Shown here: in pieces, positions 23,900 to 35,772 of the stretch
Numbering within the stretch: position 1 is the stretch's first letter
Layout: each line of letters begins with the position of its first letter
Made by a program: the position numbers and the translations under genes
Assembly (NCBI RefSeq): GCF_964188315.1
Contig: NC_135667.1
Coordinates: forward strand, 6,944,001-7,008,000
DNA: 64,000 nucleotides
Origin: Podarcis muralis
Taxonomy: Eukaryota
Direction: 5' to 3'
The notes under the pieces: model-generated
Told to the model about the DNA's origin: nothing
Databases searched by the model: none
Seen by the model: the letters and a program-made list of their open reading frames with translations, nothing else

Positions 23900-24390
23900 G
23901 CTCAACCTGTTTTTTACTACTTCTTCATGTATGCGGCAACGGCCGCGAGAGTTTTAATAGCACAAGGATGGAAGACTGAAGAAACCCCAACTAAAGAATC
24001 ATGGCAAGAAAAATTGATGGACTGTGCAGAACTGGCAAAACTGAGCTACGGGACAAGGATAACTGTGACTTTAAAGATGAATGGGAACCCTTTACAAAGT
24101 ATTTGAAGACGCAACAAAGCGAACTGGACTCCTTGGCTCGTTTTGAAGAAACATTCAAAACCATAATTATCAGCTAAATAGTTTGAGGATCTATACAACT
24201 GTGTAACATGCAGAAAACAGCATTTTTAGAGAAATCAAAGACTGGAACTGAGGGAAATAGGGGTGGGGTGGGGGTGGGTGGGTTCTGTGGGGGGAGGGAG
24301 GAAAAATGGGGGGAAATAAGGATGATATGTTTTTGGATAATATGTTTTGTTTTCATTTTGAATAAAAAAGTAATCTAAAAAAAAAAAAAA
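23900..24390 (+). mobile_element. L1/Tx1 LINE 3' fragment
   Basis: Degenerate MYAATAAR...AQGWK...AELAKL ORF2 end followed by poly(A). Confidence 0.65.
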
Positions 24391-24489
24391 AAACCCTGTT
24401 TTTTGCTGTACGTGTCTGGACTCTCCTTGAACCTTAAACGGAGTCGTTTTCCACCAAAGCTGGTCAGTTCTTAGTTCTTACCAGCCTTG

Positions 24490-25120
24490 TGGTCGGGTCG
24501 CATCCCTGCCTACGTGACCCAGTCCTCACTCGCCAATAACGGGCCTAAAGGTGATTCCACCTTAACTCTGGGACGGGCCTTTGGCCGAGGGAATCCCGGA
24601 AAAAGGAAGCAGCGTGCAGGATTTCCATAACCACAAGGAACCCCTTTCCCCAAAATCCATGTGACAATGAGGAGCGATACGCCCACCCCAGACCGCCACC
24701 CACCCACCGGTTCCTGGGATCCCCACTCTGCTTACTTCGCCATGGTTACCCAGCGCATTATCAAGCAACCGCACAGGTATTTTCCTGCCCAGCTCAACTC
24801 CAGAGTGAGATGCAAATCGGCAGTAGCCGTGGAAAGCTGGCTGGGATTTCTCTCCGAAACAAAGCAATCGGGCGACGTGTCCCTGGGAGACAGGAGGGAA
24901 GCCTCCATCAGGGGGGGTAAAGGGGAGGGAAAGTTTCTTCCCCGAAAAGCTCGCGCCACCCTTTCTCCAGAAACACCTTGGCGAGGCAGAAGACAATGGC
25001 AAGGACAAGTGTTCAGCAGCAGCTTTCCGACTGCGACCTAATTTGACTGCGGATTGAACCCCAGAGATGGACGGATAAGGGTTACGTGGCGTTGGTGAGG
25101 AGCGACAGGGTTGAAAAAAT
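24490..25120 (-). pseudogene. ITPRIPL2-like fragment 4 (in spacer)
   Basis: ORF 24562-25008 contains QPAFHGYC...DNALGNHG; homologous to 21430-21700 and to 20270-20340. Confidence 0.5.
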
Positions 25121-26049
25121 TCTTGCTCCTATCCTCACACCCGCAATAGAAATATTATATAACCTGATGTTGGCTTTGACAGGAAATATAATGCGCACAA
25201 ATGCATCTATGAGTGTACAATCTGGATAATGTCAGAAATGTGGTGATTGTTGACATTTACCAGTGTTTAGACTGTTGCACGTGGGTGTGGGTGGGTGTGC
25301 CCCCGCAGATCCTCCAAGTGTCCCTATTTTCCAGGGTCAGTCCCAGATTTACAGAAGCCATCCCAGTTTCCAGTTTGATCCCAGTACATCCCGCTTTTCC
25401 TTCAGACGTCGCTATTTTCATTGGATAAACGTTGCAGGGTATGGAATTAAACAACCAGCGAGCCAAGGAAATCAGTAACTATACAACCTTTAGAAGACAA
25501 CTGAAGGCAGCCCTGCATAGGGGAGTTTCTTTAATGTTTAATGTTTTATTAGGTTTTTATTTTTTGACATATGTTCAAAGCCGCCCAGAGTGGCTGGAAC
25601 TATTATTCCATTATGGAATAGGACATACCTATTTTCATCAGAGAAATGTTGGAGGTTATGTTCCTGTGCATGGTACCCTCATTTGGAAATACCCATCCCA
25701 ACCTTTTTTCCAAGGGGTCCCAAAAGCAGGAAAGCAGCTCATCTTATTCTAGACTCCTTTTGTGAAGACCAAGGAATGCTGGCTCTCCACTCAACTACAA
25801 GACTCTTCCAGCATTCTGCATTTTCTCACCCCATCCTTCACCATCAGCAAGCTCTGCTTATGCAAGTCACGTTGCAGAGGAGCCTGCGAGCACAGAAACG
25901 TTGGCAACCTTATTTTCCTCAAAGACCAAACTCCACCACTCAGCCCTTTCCATGCACGTGGTGACGCCGAAGGCCTCACTTCAGGGGAGCGTTAGCAGAA
26001 CAAGAAGCAAAATCATTGTCGCTGGCAGAGTCCCCCGCCCCCCCAAAAA

Positions 26050-27360
26050 TGAGCTCTGCCTTTTAGCAGCCCTCTCCGCTTCCTGGGGCTTAACCCCCCC
26101 CCCCAGTTCCCTCTTACTGTGTTTCTCCCAGCAGATCTGCTTCCCTTGTAAGATGCTTTCGCCCCTGGCGTGGCAGGGATATTGTGCTGTGTCCCTGATG
26201 GCGTTCCTGGTCCTCCAGAATAGCTGAACCCTTCTCCTGCATCCCTCCTGTGTGAGCCCCACTTGCTGGGCCCCAGAAGTGTTAGGGGATCATTTCCAAA
26301 CATTGCACGCCATCCCTGCAGGGCCTGGATGTCTGCACGCTCTCTGTCCTTCTGCTGCTGCCAAGCCACTCACGATTCCTGCATGCCACTGAAATTTACT
26401 AATATTACTATAGGTTTCCAACATGACGGCATTTTAATATGCAACGAGCAATGTAGCCCTGTCCTGCCTGTGTTTTGCAGCCTCTTGTGGCTTTGAGCAA
26501 AGGAGAAAGGCAGCAAAGGAAAAGCCTCACTGAGGGCAGAGGAAAAAAGGAGTCGCCGCTGAGCCCTGGAGATCAGAAAAGGGAGGTCCTGCGGTTCAGC
26601 TGTGGTGTAGAAAGATGGTACCCCCCCGATTGTAGCCGCTTTGGGGTGATGTGCAGCGACGGTGTCTCACGGGGGTCAACCCTCCCTGCCGCAGCTCCTC
26701 ATTTGACTGAGTGACTCAGGGACAGCCGCCTTATCTTTCAGGGAAGGGCCAGCAGCTTTATGAGAAGCAGCTTTGGCGGAGGGAATCCTAGAAAAACAAA
26801 AGAGCTTTCCGAATTTTCATAACCACCAGGAGAGCCCAGGCCAAAGATCAACATGGCTGCCCACGCATCAAACTGCATGCCTCAGGGGACATCCCTCCGC
26901 CAGGACCACACCTGGACCACACGGCCTGGGCTCTCTGTCAGAACCAGGAGGGGGGTGGACTCTGGACCGAGCAGGTGGACGGGGGGCAGCTCGGCTCCTG
27001 AGCTCAGCATCTCGATCTTTCCGGAGGCCGTGGAGTCTGGCTGGTGTGCTGCCACCCCTGGGAACTGAGATGCCGATGACCTGTCTGCTCCATCATCCTG
27101 TTCTCACACTGGCCCATCAGATGCCCCAGAGGGAAGCAGGCAAACAGGACCTGAGCACAACAGACGGACGCTGGGCAATCGGTCCTGATCCAAGAGGGCT
27201 CCTCTGGTCTTCTCAGAGAAATTGCAAGGTGCGTTCGTCCTAGAGATGATGCTCCAAGCGAGAATTTCTCCATCCTTATCTAGTTCATGGCACAAACTCC
27301 TGGGTGCTTGTGGTCAAATGGCTGGACCAGAAGATTTAATCTGTAAAAAGTCAAAGCACG
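26050..27360 (-). pseudogene. ITPRIPL2-like fragment 5 (arm B copy of pseudogene 2, with a ~1 kb internal deletion)
   Basis: Reverse complement of 18785-19060 joined directly to 20025-21050. Confidence 0.6.
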
Positions 27361-27408
27361 TTATGAATAGGTGGGAAAGTCCTGCTATTTAAAAGCTAAT
27401 CCCATCTT

Positions 27409-27466
27409 GGAAGGAAGGAAGGAAGGAAGGAAGGAAGGAAGGAAGGAAGGAAGGAAGGAAGGAAGG
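27409..27466. repeat. (GGAA)n microsatellite, about 14 units
   Basis: Read directly; upstream of IL25-B exon 1. Confidence 0.95.
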
Positions 27467-27736
27467 CAAATTCAATTTTCTCAGGTGCTAATATCACACT
27501 GGGCCTGAGTCCCTTGATCCTGGGGGGCACCTTCTGTTACCCATCCAGCATAAGGTACACAAAAGAGACATTGATTATACGTTCAGGAAATAGGCGCTCA
27601 GTTCTTTTTTTATTATTCCAAAATTTGCATGGAATAAATGAATGGAATCTTGCAGGCGATAAAATAGGGATCCCGAGGCTCAGAGTGACAGCAGTTCCCT
27701 GAGCCGTCTACAAGGTCCTGCTCCCGGTAATCTAAC

Positions 27737-27754
27737 ATGGAGAAGACTCAGCTG
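27737..27754 (+). CDS. IL25: IL25 copy B, coding exon 1 (MEKTQL)
   Basis: Identical to the copy A micro-exon; |gtaagt donor. Confidence 0.75.
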
Positions 27755-29328
27755 GTAAGTGCACCAATCCTGCTCCTTACACGGAGGGAAGGGGCAGGGG
27801 GGGAGGCTGGAGCAGGGTCCACAGGGAAGCCCTTTGGGCTCTGCTGCTAGTTCCCAGAGATGTTTGGGGGGCTAGGAATTGTGCTGTTGACTTCCAAGCA
27901 TGATAACAGATGAATAGCCCCCATCCTCAAAACCTTCAACCCTCTCTCATAAGGACCTAAGAAGGGTCTTCTGGGATCCAAGCGGAGATCCGTTCGGCTT
28001 CTGAGAGGGGGCAACCAGATGATTTTTCTGAGGCACTCGGAGGCCCAGCCCCCTCCTGCTCTTCCTTGCTAGTAACTGCTATTCAGAGGTAGAGTGCTGC
28101 GGTCCCTGGAGGCTCCATTTTTGTCCTTAAGGCTGAGACCTGTCCAAGGGCCTTCCCTCCTCCGCCACTGCTTCGCCTGATCCCCCTGTCAAAGCCACGT
28201 CAGACCATGGCTTTGACCATCTTGTGGAGTGCGGGGAATTATTTTTAATGCCTCCTCCCCATCATTCCTCATATGAGCCAAGCTGGGTGGAACGGGTGAG
28301 AGTGGTAGCTTTAAATATACCCGGAGGGCAACCCCTTGATTTATCATCTTGCCCACCTTTCTCAAGTTTCCTTTCTGCGATGACTCCCAGGCTAGCGTTT
28401 CTCAAACTTGGGTCTCCACTGTTGTTGGACTACAACTCCCATCATCCCTAGGAAGCAGGACCAGTGGTCAGGGATGATGGGTGTTGTAGTCTAGCCGCAC
28501 GAACTGGGTCTCCCCCACCCGATCTAAATGGAATCTGATTATTGATCCTTCGTTGTGCTCTATATTATTCATTGACTCCTCATCTGTTTAATTTCTGTCC
28601 GTTTGGAAACTTGGTAGGCGTGAGGTGGGACTAGGGACACGGCAGCCATATTGATCCCTGTATTTTGGAGACGGGAATGAATTTCCACCCTCCGTTCACT
28701 CGGTCTAGCGACTGTGTGGGGCGGCCACACTTTGCTCCATGGCTCATTGAGGTGAGCAAGAAAAAGAGGGGGGAGAGCAAAGGCCACGTTGTCCGAAGGG
28801 CAAGCATTGTCCTGACTTTGGCACATGAGATTTCCAACTGGGGGACGAATGGCTGGGCTGTGAGTCTGAATCCCCCCCCCCACTAAGGGGTGAGCACCCT
28901 AAATGTAAAAAAAGAAGCATGTCAGGGAAATGGGACTAAGCCAGCCTTGTTCCTGGTATGCTAGATTTTGATGTGCAAGGAAGTTGCGGCTGTTGTCTTC
29001 TTCCTTCCATCCCTCTGACGGGGAGGATTCCAATTTTGCTTACGCATTTCTTCAGAAAGATTGACAAGCAGCTTCGTCAAAGAGCTCCAAGTGGTGTGGG
29101 GGGGGGGGGAAATGCACATAAAACACAGCTTAAATTTTAAGTGTGTATCTATATCTGTATAGATATATTGCATTGCTATATATAAAATATATCATTTACT
29201 ATATAATATACTTATCATTAGAGCATATATGGTAAGTGTTTAAAATTATTTTATTTTACAAAAATGGTTGAAATGACACAGTCATTTTTTGGAGAGATCC
29301 CTGCCCACGTCATTCTGGGAATAGAATA

Positions 29329-29546
29329 CAGTGGTACCTCAGGTTACATACGCTTCAAGTTACAGACTCCGCTAACCCAGAAATAGTACCTTGGGTTAAG
29401 AACTTTGCTTCAGGATGGGAACAGAAATCTTGCTCCAGCAGCAGCAGGAGGCCCCATTAGCTAAAGTGGTGCTTCAGGTTAAGAACAGTTTCAGGTTAAG
29501 AACGGACCTCCGGAACAAATCAAGTTCTTAACCTGAGGTGCCACTG
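29329..29546. mobile_element. Tigger/mariner-like MITE in IL25-B intron 1
   Basis: Mirror copy of 16989-17206. Confidence 0.85.
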
Positions 29547-29712
29547 TACTCCAACTTAGGAAGGCTGCGAGGAAAAGGGAGTGGGAAATGGGCTACTAGA
29601 TTTCTCTGTAAGGCAAATGAATGCTTTGAACAGTCCTGTTTGGGCTGTTCCACCATGACCAGTTGTGACGGCTGCCCCCTCTTGCCTTTCCTTCCTTCCT
29701 TCCTTCTCCTAG

Positions 29713-29963
29713 GCTGCGATGTGCTTCCTGCTCTCGACGTTTGTGGCCAGCCAGGCCTTCCAATGCATGTCCTCCTTGAACTGTTGTGAAGAGACGACAC
29801 TCAATGAAGTCGTGAAGCAGCTCACCGCCCATTCCTCCCATTCCTCCCAGTCCACCCAGTCCACCCAGTCTGCCCGTTCCTCCCGGTCTGTGTCTTCCTC
29901 TGACGACTGCCGCTCGATTCCTGGTGTAAAGAACATGGCCTCCAGTTCTCCTTGGCGATATGT
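29713..29963 (+). CDS. IL25: IL25 copy B, coding exon 2
   Basis: cctag| and |gtaaga; 251 bp; differs from A by K>Q and one extra 9-nt STQ unit. Confidence 0.9.
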
Positions 29964-30604
29964 GTAAGAGAGAAGAATCGTACCTTTTATTCCTCTGCCC
30001 CCTCATCCGTCCCATTTTCATAGAATCCTAGAGTTGGAAGGGACCCCAGGGTCCTCTAGTCCACCCCCTCCCTGCAATGCAGGAATCTCCAAGTGTGGTC
30101 TCCCATCCAATTTGAAACCATACTGGACCCTGCTTAGCTTTATGAATGTGCTTGCACTTTTATTGCTGCACCACCGACTGGAAATAAAGAGACAACCCTT
30201 TGGCCCTGCCAGGCACCACCAACAATGCCCTCTAGATTTCCCAGAGAGCTCAGCTGGTTAGAGCAGGGGGCTGAGGGGGCCGAGGCTGCAGCTTCGATCT
30301 CTGAATAGGACAACTGCATATTCCTGCCTTGCAGGGACTGGTTGCTCCTCAGGGTCCCTTCCAGTCAGACCAGTGTCAGGGGTGACTGGAGTTCCTTTCC
30401 AAGATATCTGGAGGGCACCGTGTTGGGGAAGGCTAATCTAACCTAGCATTAGTCCTCCAAAGCTCCTCATCCCACACATTTTATTTTATTTTATTTATTT
30501 TCCCTTTCACTCCACAACCAGCATCCCAGTGCCTTCCCCCATCAGACCACCATCCAGTTATCATGGCTCAAAGACAGACCTGTCCTTTCTCTTGCCTCCC
30601 CCAG

Positions 30605-30872
30605 GGAAGACATCCAGGAGTCCCGCTACCCTCGACTCCTCTGGAAAGCTCAGTGTATCTGCCAAAATTCCTGCGTCTCCTTGAGGCACCCTGTGGAAAA
30701 TGCCACCCAAAAGAGCTTCGTCCATAAGGAGGGAAACGGGGTGTCCGTCCCAATCTTTGCCGACACGACCGTCTATTATCGGAAGCCTTGTGTGAATGTC
30801 AACAAGTCCTTCTACCTTGAGCGGCGGAAATATCCTTTGCCTGTGGCCTGCACCTGTGTGGCTATACCGTGA
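30605..30872 (+). CDS. IL25: IL25 copy B, coding exon 3
   Basis: cccag| acceptor; all cysteines retained; spliced CDS 537 nt = 178 aa, no internal stop. Confidence 0.93.
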
Positions 30873-32225
30873 GGCTTCGAAGCGGGAAGGGGATCCCCAG
30901 AGCAAGACCGTGGATGGGATTCAGAGGGAGGGAGCCTCTGAACATGTGCAGAGTTCATTTCCCTCACAGGCTGCCACCCGCATGTCCACCCACAGGACCT
31001 GGGTACACCAGAAACTCACTGTCTCTTTGCTCAATTCTAACTTCAGAATTAATTGCAGTGAAAAGGGAAAGCACCCAAAACTGACTGGTTGAAATCGGAT
31101 TCAAATCTTTGGCTTCCCCTAAAGGTCACTGAGGAGCAGCTGGAAGAGCATCAATAAGGAACAGGGATCGGGGATGGCGTTTCTTGCGCTGTTGCGGAAT
31201 CCCAGCCCCCTCTGGGCCCTTTGGGGGGCTGTCAGGGGGGGCGTATCCTAGAGATGGTTGGGCTTTGTAGTGTAGACCATGCTGGGAGAAAGCGAAAGGG
31301 CTTGTTCTAACACACTCAAATATATCAATTGGGGAATATTGGATTCTATTACCGATAAACACAGATTAAGTAAATCCTTTTCTCTCTCTTACTGCAGTTC
31401 GCCCACCCTGCCAAAAGTTGGGAGTCAACTTTTTCTCCTGCAAACGCTCCTCTGCCTTCTAACGTGTGCTTAGCTGCGAATTTTCTGTTAGAAGTAGAGG
31501 AGCATTCGCAAGGGAAAAAAAGTTGGCCACCCACTAAATATCGCTACATCTGGCCGGATACTTCTAAAGACATAGGAGCTGAGTTCACAGAAAAAGCTGG
31601 CAACTCTAAGTGACATTAGAGAGTAAAGTTAGCGAGAGGCAAAGGAAATGGCAAGGGGGGAAATGTTCAGGCATGAATTGTTGCAGGAGGAACTTCTTAC
31701 AGAAGAGTATTCCCTGATGAGCCTTGCCATTCCCTATTCTGGCTTGTGTGTGTGACCCCCTGCTCATCCCTATAGCCAGCAACGCCCACATTTATAGGTC
31801 AGGATCATTTCTCAACTATTTGAATGCTTGCACTAAAATCCGCTGTCTCTTGTCTGCTGTCTCAAAGAAACTTAACCACCTTGCCTTGGTTTTTTTAAAA
31901 AAAAATCAATAAAACATTCTAAAGAAAGCAGAATGTGTCTTGCCTTCTTCACCCAGAGGAAACAGGGCTGTCCCTCCCTTTGCGGGCGGTTGGGCTCGAT
32001 GATCCACTGGGTCCCTTCCAACTCAGCCCTTCTACGATTCTGTGATTCCCTGCGGCTGATACGTCGATGGCCTTTCCGTGAGAGTCCCAGACTTATCCTG
32101 AGGAATATATTTTCCTCTCCCTCTGTTTTCCTCTCTCGCCAAAGTGTGCTGACTGCTCCCACCTTAGATTTTTTGCATGATTCCCGAATGACGCTGTTAC
32201 ACTACTTTTCCTTTGGGAATATTGT

Positions 32226-32666
32226 TGTTGTTGTTGTTTAGTCGTTTAGTTGTGTCCGACTCTTCGCGACCCCATGGACCAGAGCACGCCAGGCACCTCT
32301 GTCCTCCACTACCTCCCGCAGTTTGGTCAAACTCATGCTGGTAACCTCGAAAACACTATCCAACCATCTCGTCCTCTGTCGTCCCCTTCTCCTTGTGCCC
32401 TCCATCTTTTCTAGCATCAGTGTCTTCTCCAGGGAGTCTTCTCTTCTCATGAGGTGGCCAAAGTACTGGAGCCTCAGCTTCAGGATCTGTCCTTCCAGTG
32501 AGCACTCAGGGCTGATTTCCTTCAGAATGGAGAGGTTTGATCTTCTTGCAGTCCATGGGACTCTCAAGAGTCTTTTCCAGCACCATAATTCAAAAGCATC
32601 AATTCTTCGGCAATCAGCCTTCTTTATGGTCCAGCTCTCACTTCCATACATCACTACTAGGAAAAC
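32226..32666 (-). mobile_element. BovB/RTE LINE 3' fragment, arm B only
   Basis: ORF 32238-32669 (FELWCWKRLLRVPWTARRSN); (CAA)n tail; absent at the mirror site near 12970. Confidence 0.9.
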
Positions 32667-32699
32667 CATGGAGCCACACTGCTACCTGCAACGATGATG

Positions 32700-33990
32700 T
32701 CATGGTGACTGCCGCGTGATGTCATCATACTTGCCACCACCCAAGAGCACAGAGAACCAGCTTGTGCCGTGAATTTGCCAGGTTTCAATGTCACTCAGCT
32801 TCATTTGGGGCAAGATTCTGGTGCAGGGAGCAGCTGTCAAACAGCGATGTCACAGGTGATGCAAGACAGTACACAGGAAAGAGAACGCATCACCTGTTGC
32901 ATTTCCTCCTGCTGCACACAAGATCCAGGCTCAGACGTCCAGCCAGGGTGGCGGGAGATGGTATCCCGCTCTGTAACCACTGGGCAATGCTACCTCCCAA
33001 GGTCAGTGTGACTTATCTGGCTTCAATGAGAGAGATGGTGAGCTGGATATTACAGACACCAAACTCCCCTGTATTAGTGCCAACATTTTCCAGGCAAGAA
33101 AAGGTGTGAGAACCTTCCTGGGACTTCCTCCCTTTGTGTGTGAGTTGCAGCTACACAGTGATGGGGTGGTGGCCCTCTGCACATGCTCAAAGAGGCCTTG
33201 CCTGTGTTGGTTACTGTACATATTCTCAGATGGAATTTTGACTTCTGGGATTGAGATTTTGGAAGGTGGAATCGGAGGCTGCTTGGGCCCAGGGAAAAGG
33301 AGAGCTCACTATCCCCCAGTGCCCCATAATTCACATCCATAGCATTCCCGTTCTTGGGATTCCCACTCTGTTTACTTTGCCATGGTTACCCAGCGTATTA
33401 TCGCAGGTATTTTCCTGCCCGTCTAAACCGCGGAGTGAGATGCAAATCTCCTGCAGTAGCCATGGAAAGCCGGCTGGGATTTCCTTCCGAAACAAAGTGA
33501 CACGGGTGTCCCTGGGAGGCAGGAGAAAAACCTCTGGCAAGTGGGGGGGGGGTGAAGGGGGCTCTGCCCCACCTGCCCCACCCAGGAAGGCCTCCATCAC
33601 ACATCAGAGCGAAGGGAATCCTGGAGAAAGAAAACAGCGACCATAAGGACAAAAGAAGACTCTGTCTCTCTGCATGTCTTTTCTGCTATTTGTATTTTTA
33701 TAAATGTCTGTCACTCTGACCACATTGCCTGCCAGTCTGCCAGAATCAGATCCAGGGGGTGGGTTTGGGACACAGCAGGAGAGTTCGGGGAAGCCTGGAA
33801 GATCAGGAATGGGAGTTCTCTGCCAGAACCAGGTGGAGTGTGGACTCTGGACCGAGCAGGTGGACGGAGGGGGGGGCAGCTGGGCTCCTGAGCTCACCAT
33901 CTAGATATTTCTGGATTCTGTGGGATCTCACTGGTGTGGTTGGGGGGGGATGCCTGCCCATGATTTGTGACTTGTATCAATATATTGAAT
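32700..33990 (-). pseudogene. ITPRIPL2-like fragments 6/7 at the outer end of arm B
   Basis: 32700-33637 mirrors fragment 1; 33780-33990 matches 20040-20170 (VHLLGPEST). Confidence 0.5.
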
Positions 33991-34060
33991 ATATTTTTGA
34001 GCTCTTGGGTGTAAAATGCAGTCAAAACAAAATTTAAAAATTCCTTCCAGTAGCACCTTA

Positions 34061-34417
34061 AAAGGTAAAGGTAAAGGGACCCCTGACCATTAGGTCCAGT
34101 TGTGGACAACTCTGGGGTTGCAGTGCTCATCTCGCTTTATTGGCCGAGGGAGCCAGCATACAGCTTCCGGGTCCTGTGGCCAGCATGACTAAGCCGCTTC
34201 TGGCGAACCAGAGCAGCGCACGGAAACGCCGTTTACCTTCCCGCCGGAGCGGTATCTATTTATCTACTTGCACTTTGAGGTGCTTTCGAACTGCTAGGTT
34301 GGCAGGAGCAGGGACCGAGCAACAGGAGCTCACCCTGTCGCGGGGATTTGAACCACCGACCTTCTGATCAGCAAGTCCTAGGCTCTGTGGTTTAACCCAC
34401 AGCGCCACCCGCGTCCC
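34061..34417 (-). mobile_element. Sauria SINE
   Basis: Full-length reverse copy with (ACCTTT)n tail. Confidence 0.85.
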
Positions 34418-35772
34418 AAGTAGTACCTTAGAGACCAACTAAGTTTGATATTTGTATGAGCTTTCGTATGCATGCACACTGAAACAGAAGTCACCAGACC
34501 CTTATATATAGTGAGAAGTTGGGGAGGGGTATTACTCAGAAGGGTGGTGGGAATGGGTGATTGGCTGATAGGTGTGGTAAACCTGTTGACGACTGTTAAG
34601 GACTGCAATTGGTCTTACAGGAAAAAGCAAAGGGTGAAATGGCTAAAAATAGCTTATCATGTATAATGAGATAAGAATCCAATTTCTCTATTCTAATCAC
34701 CCATTCCTACCACCCTTCTGAGTAATACCTCTCCCCACCTTCTCACTACAAATAAGGGTCTGGTGACTTCTCTTTCAGTGTATCTGAAGAAGTGTTCATG
34801 CACACGAAAGCTCATACCAAGAACTAACTTAGTTGGGCTCTAAGGTGCTATTGGAAGGAATTTTTAAATTTTCTTTTGACTACGACAGACCAACACGGCT
34901 ACCTACCTGTAACTAAAAATGCAGTTTATGAACAAACAAACAAACAAACAAACAACACTTATAATCATCTTTGGTACCTTTGAGGCAACCCACTGCCATT
35001 ATTATTCCATTATTATTTATTAAATTTATATCCTGCTCTTCCTTTCAAAGGAGTCCAGAGCGGCCGACACACAAAGCGATTACAACATCTAAAAGTGATT
35101 CCAAGACAGATGCAGACTTGGGAAAGGTTGGTAATAAAAAGGATGGTTGGGAGCTCAAATCTAAACCAGATAAGCATAGAGGCCACGTTGAGCAAGAGCA
35201 CGGGTCTCAGGATAGCCAAAAATGCCCGGCTGCCCTTGAGAGTGAGTGATCATAGTGTGTTTATCTCACAGGCATTGTAGCTCTGTAGAGAAATGTCCCC
35301 AGACTGGATCTCATGCAAATCTCGTCTCTTTTGAACTCACTGTTTACAATTCTGGCCCCCACCCCCTCCCGTCGGTGTGCCTGCGCTCACGTGTTTGCAT
35401 GTGCCAGTCAAGGATAACAGTTCACATTGTGGGCTTCAGTCTGTGAAACAGGGCCGGCCCTGCCGTTTGGCAAGAGGGTCGGGTGGGGAACGGGCCGTAG
35501 CTCAGGGGCGCGGCATCTGCTCTGCGGGCAGAAGGTCCCAGGTTCAGTCCCTGGGATCTCAAGGCAGGGGCCTGGATCCTTGGAAAGCGTAGGCAATACT
35601 GAGCTAAATGGATGAATAGTTGACTCACAAGAAGGCTCCTGTGTATGGAGTGAATGGGCTGCCTCAGGCGGCAGATTCTGAGGAGTGCTGGATAGTGGTG
35701 TGGGCCACATGGCCTGGCCTGGCCTGGCCTGCCTTCCCTAGGCTAGCCTCCTGCTGACCACAGATATTTGTG

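Larger units (their letters stand above)
25989..33637 (-). repeat. Inverted segmental duplication, arm B
   Basis: Reverse complement of arm A; the length difference is accounted for by the identified indels. Confidence 0.93.

Noticed and set aside
12009-33637. Duplication as an assembly artefact
   Set aside because: Arms carry distinct TE insertions with TSDs and empty sites, plus scattered substitutions, more than expected from one haplotype assembled twice; read-level confirmation is still needed.
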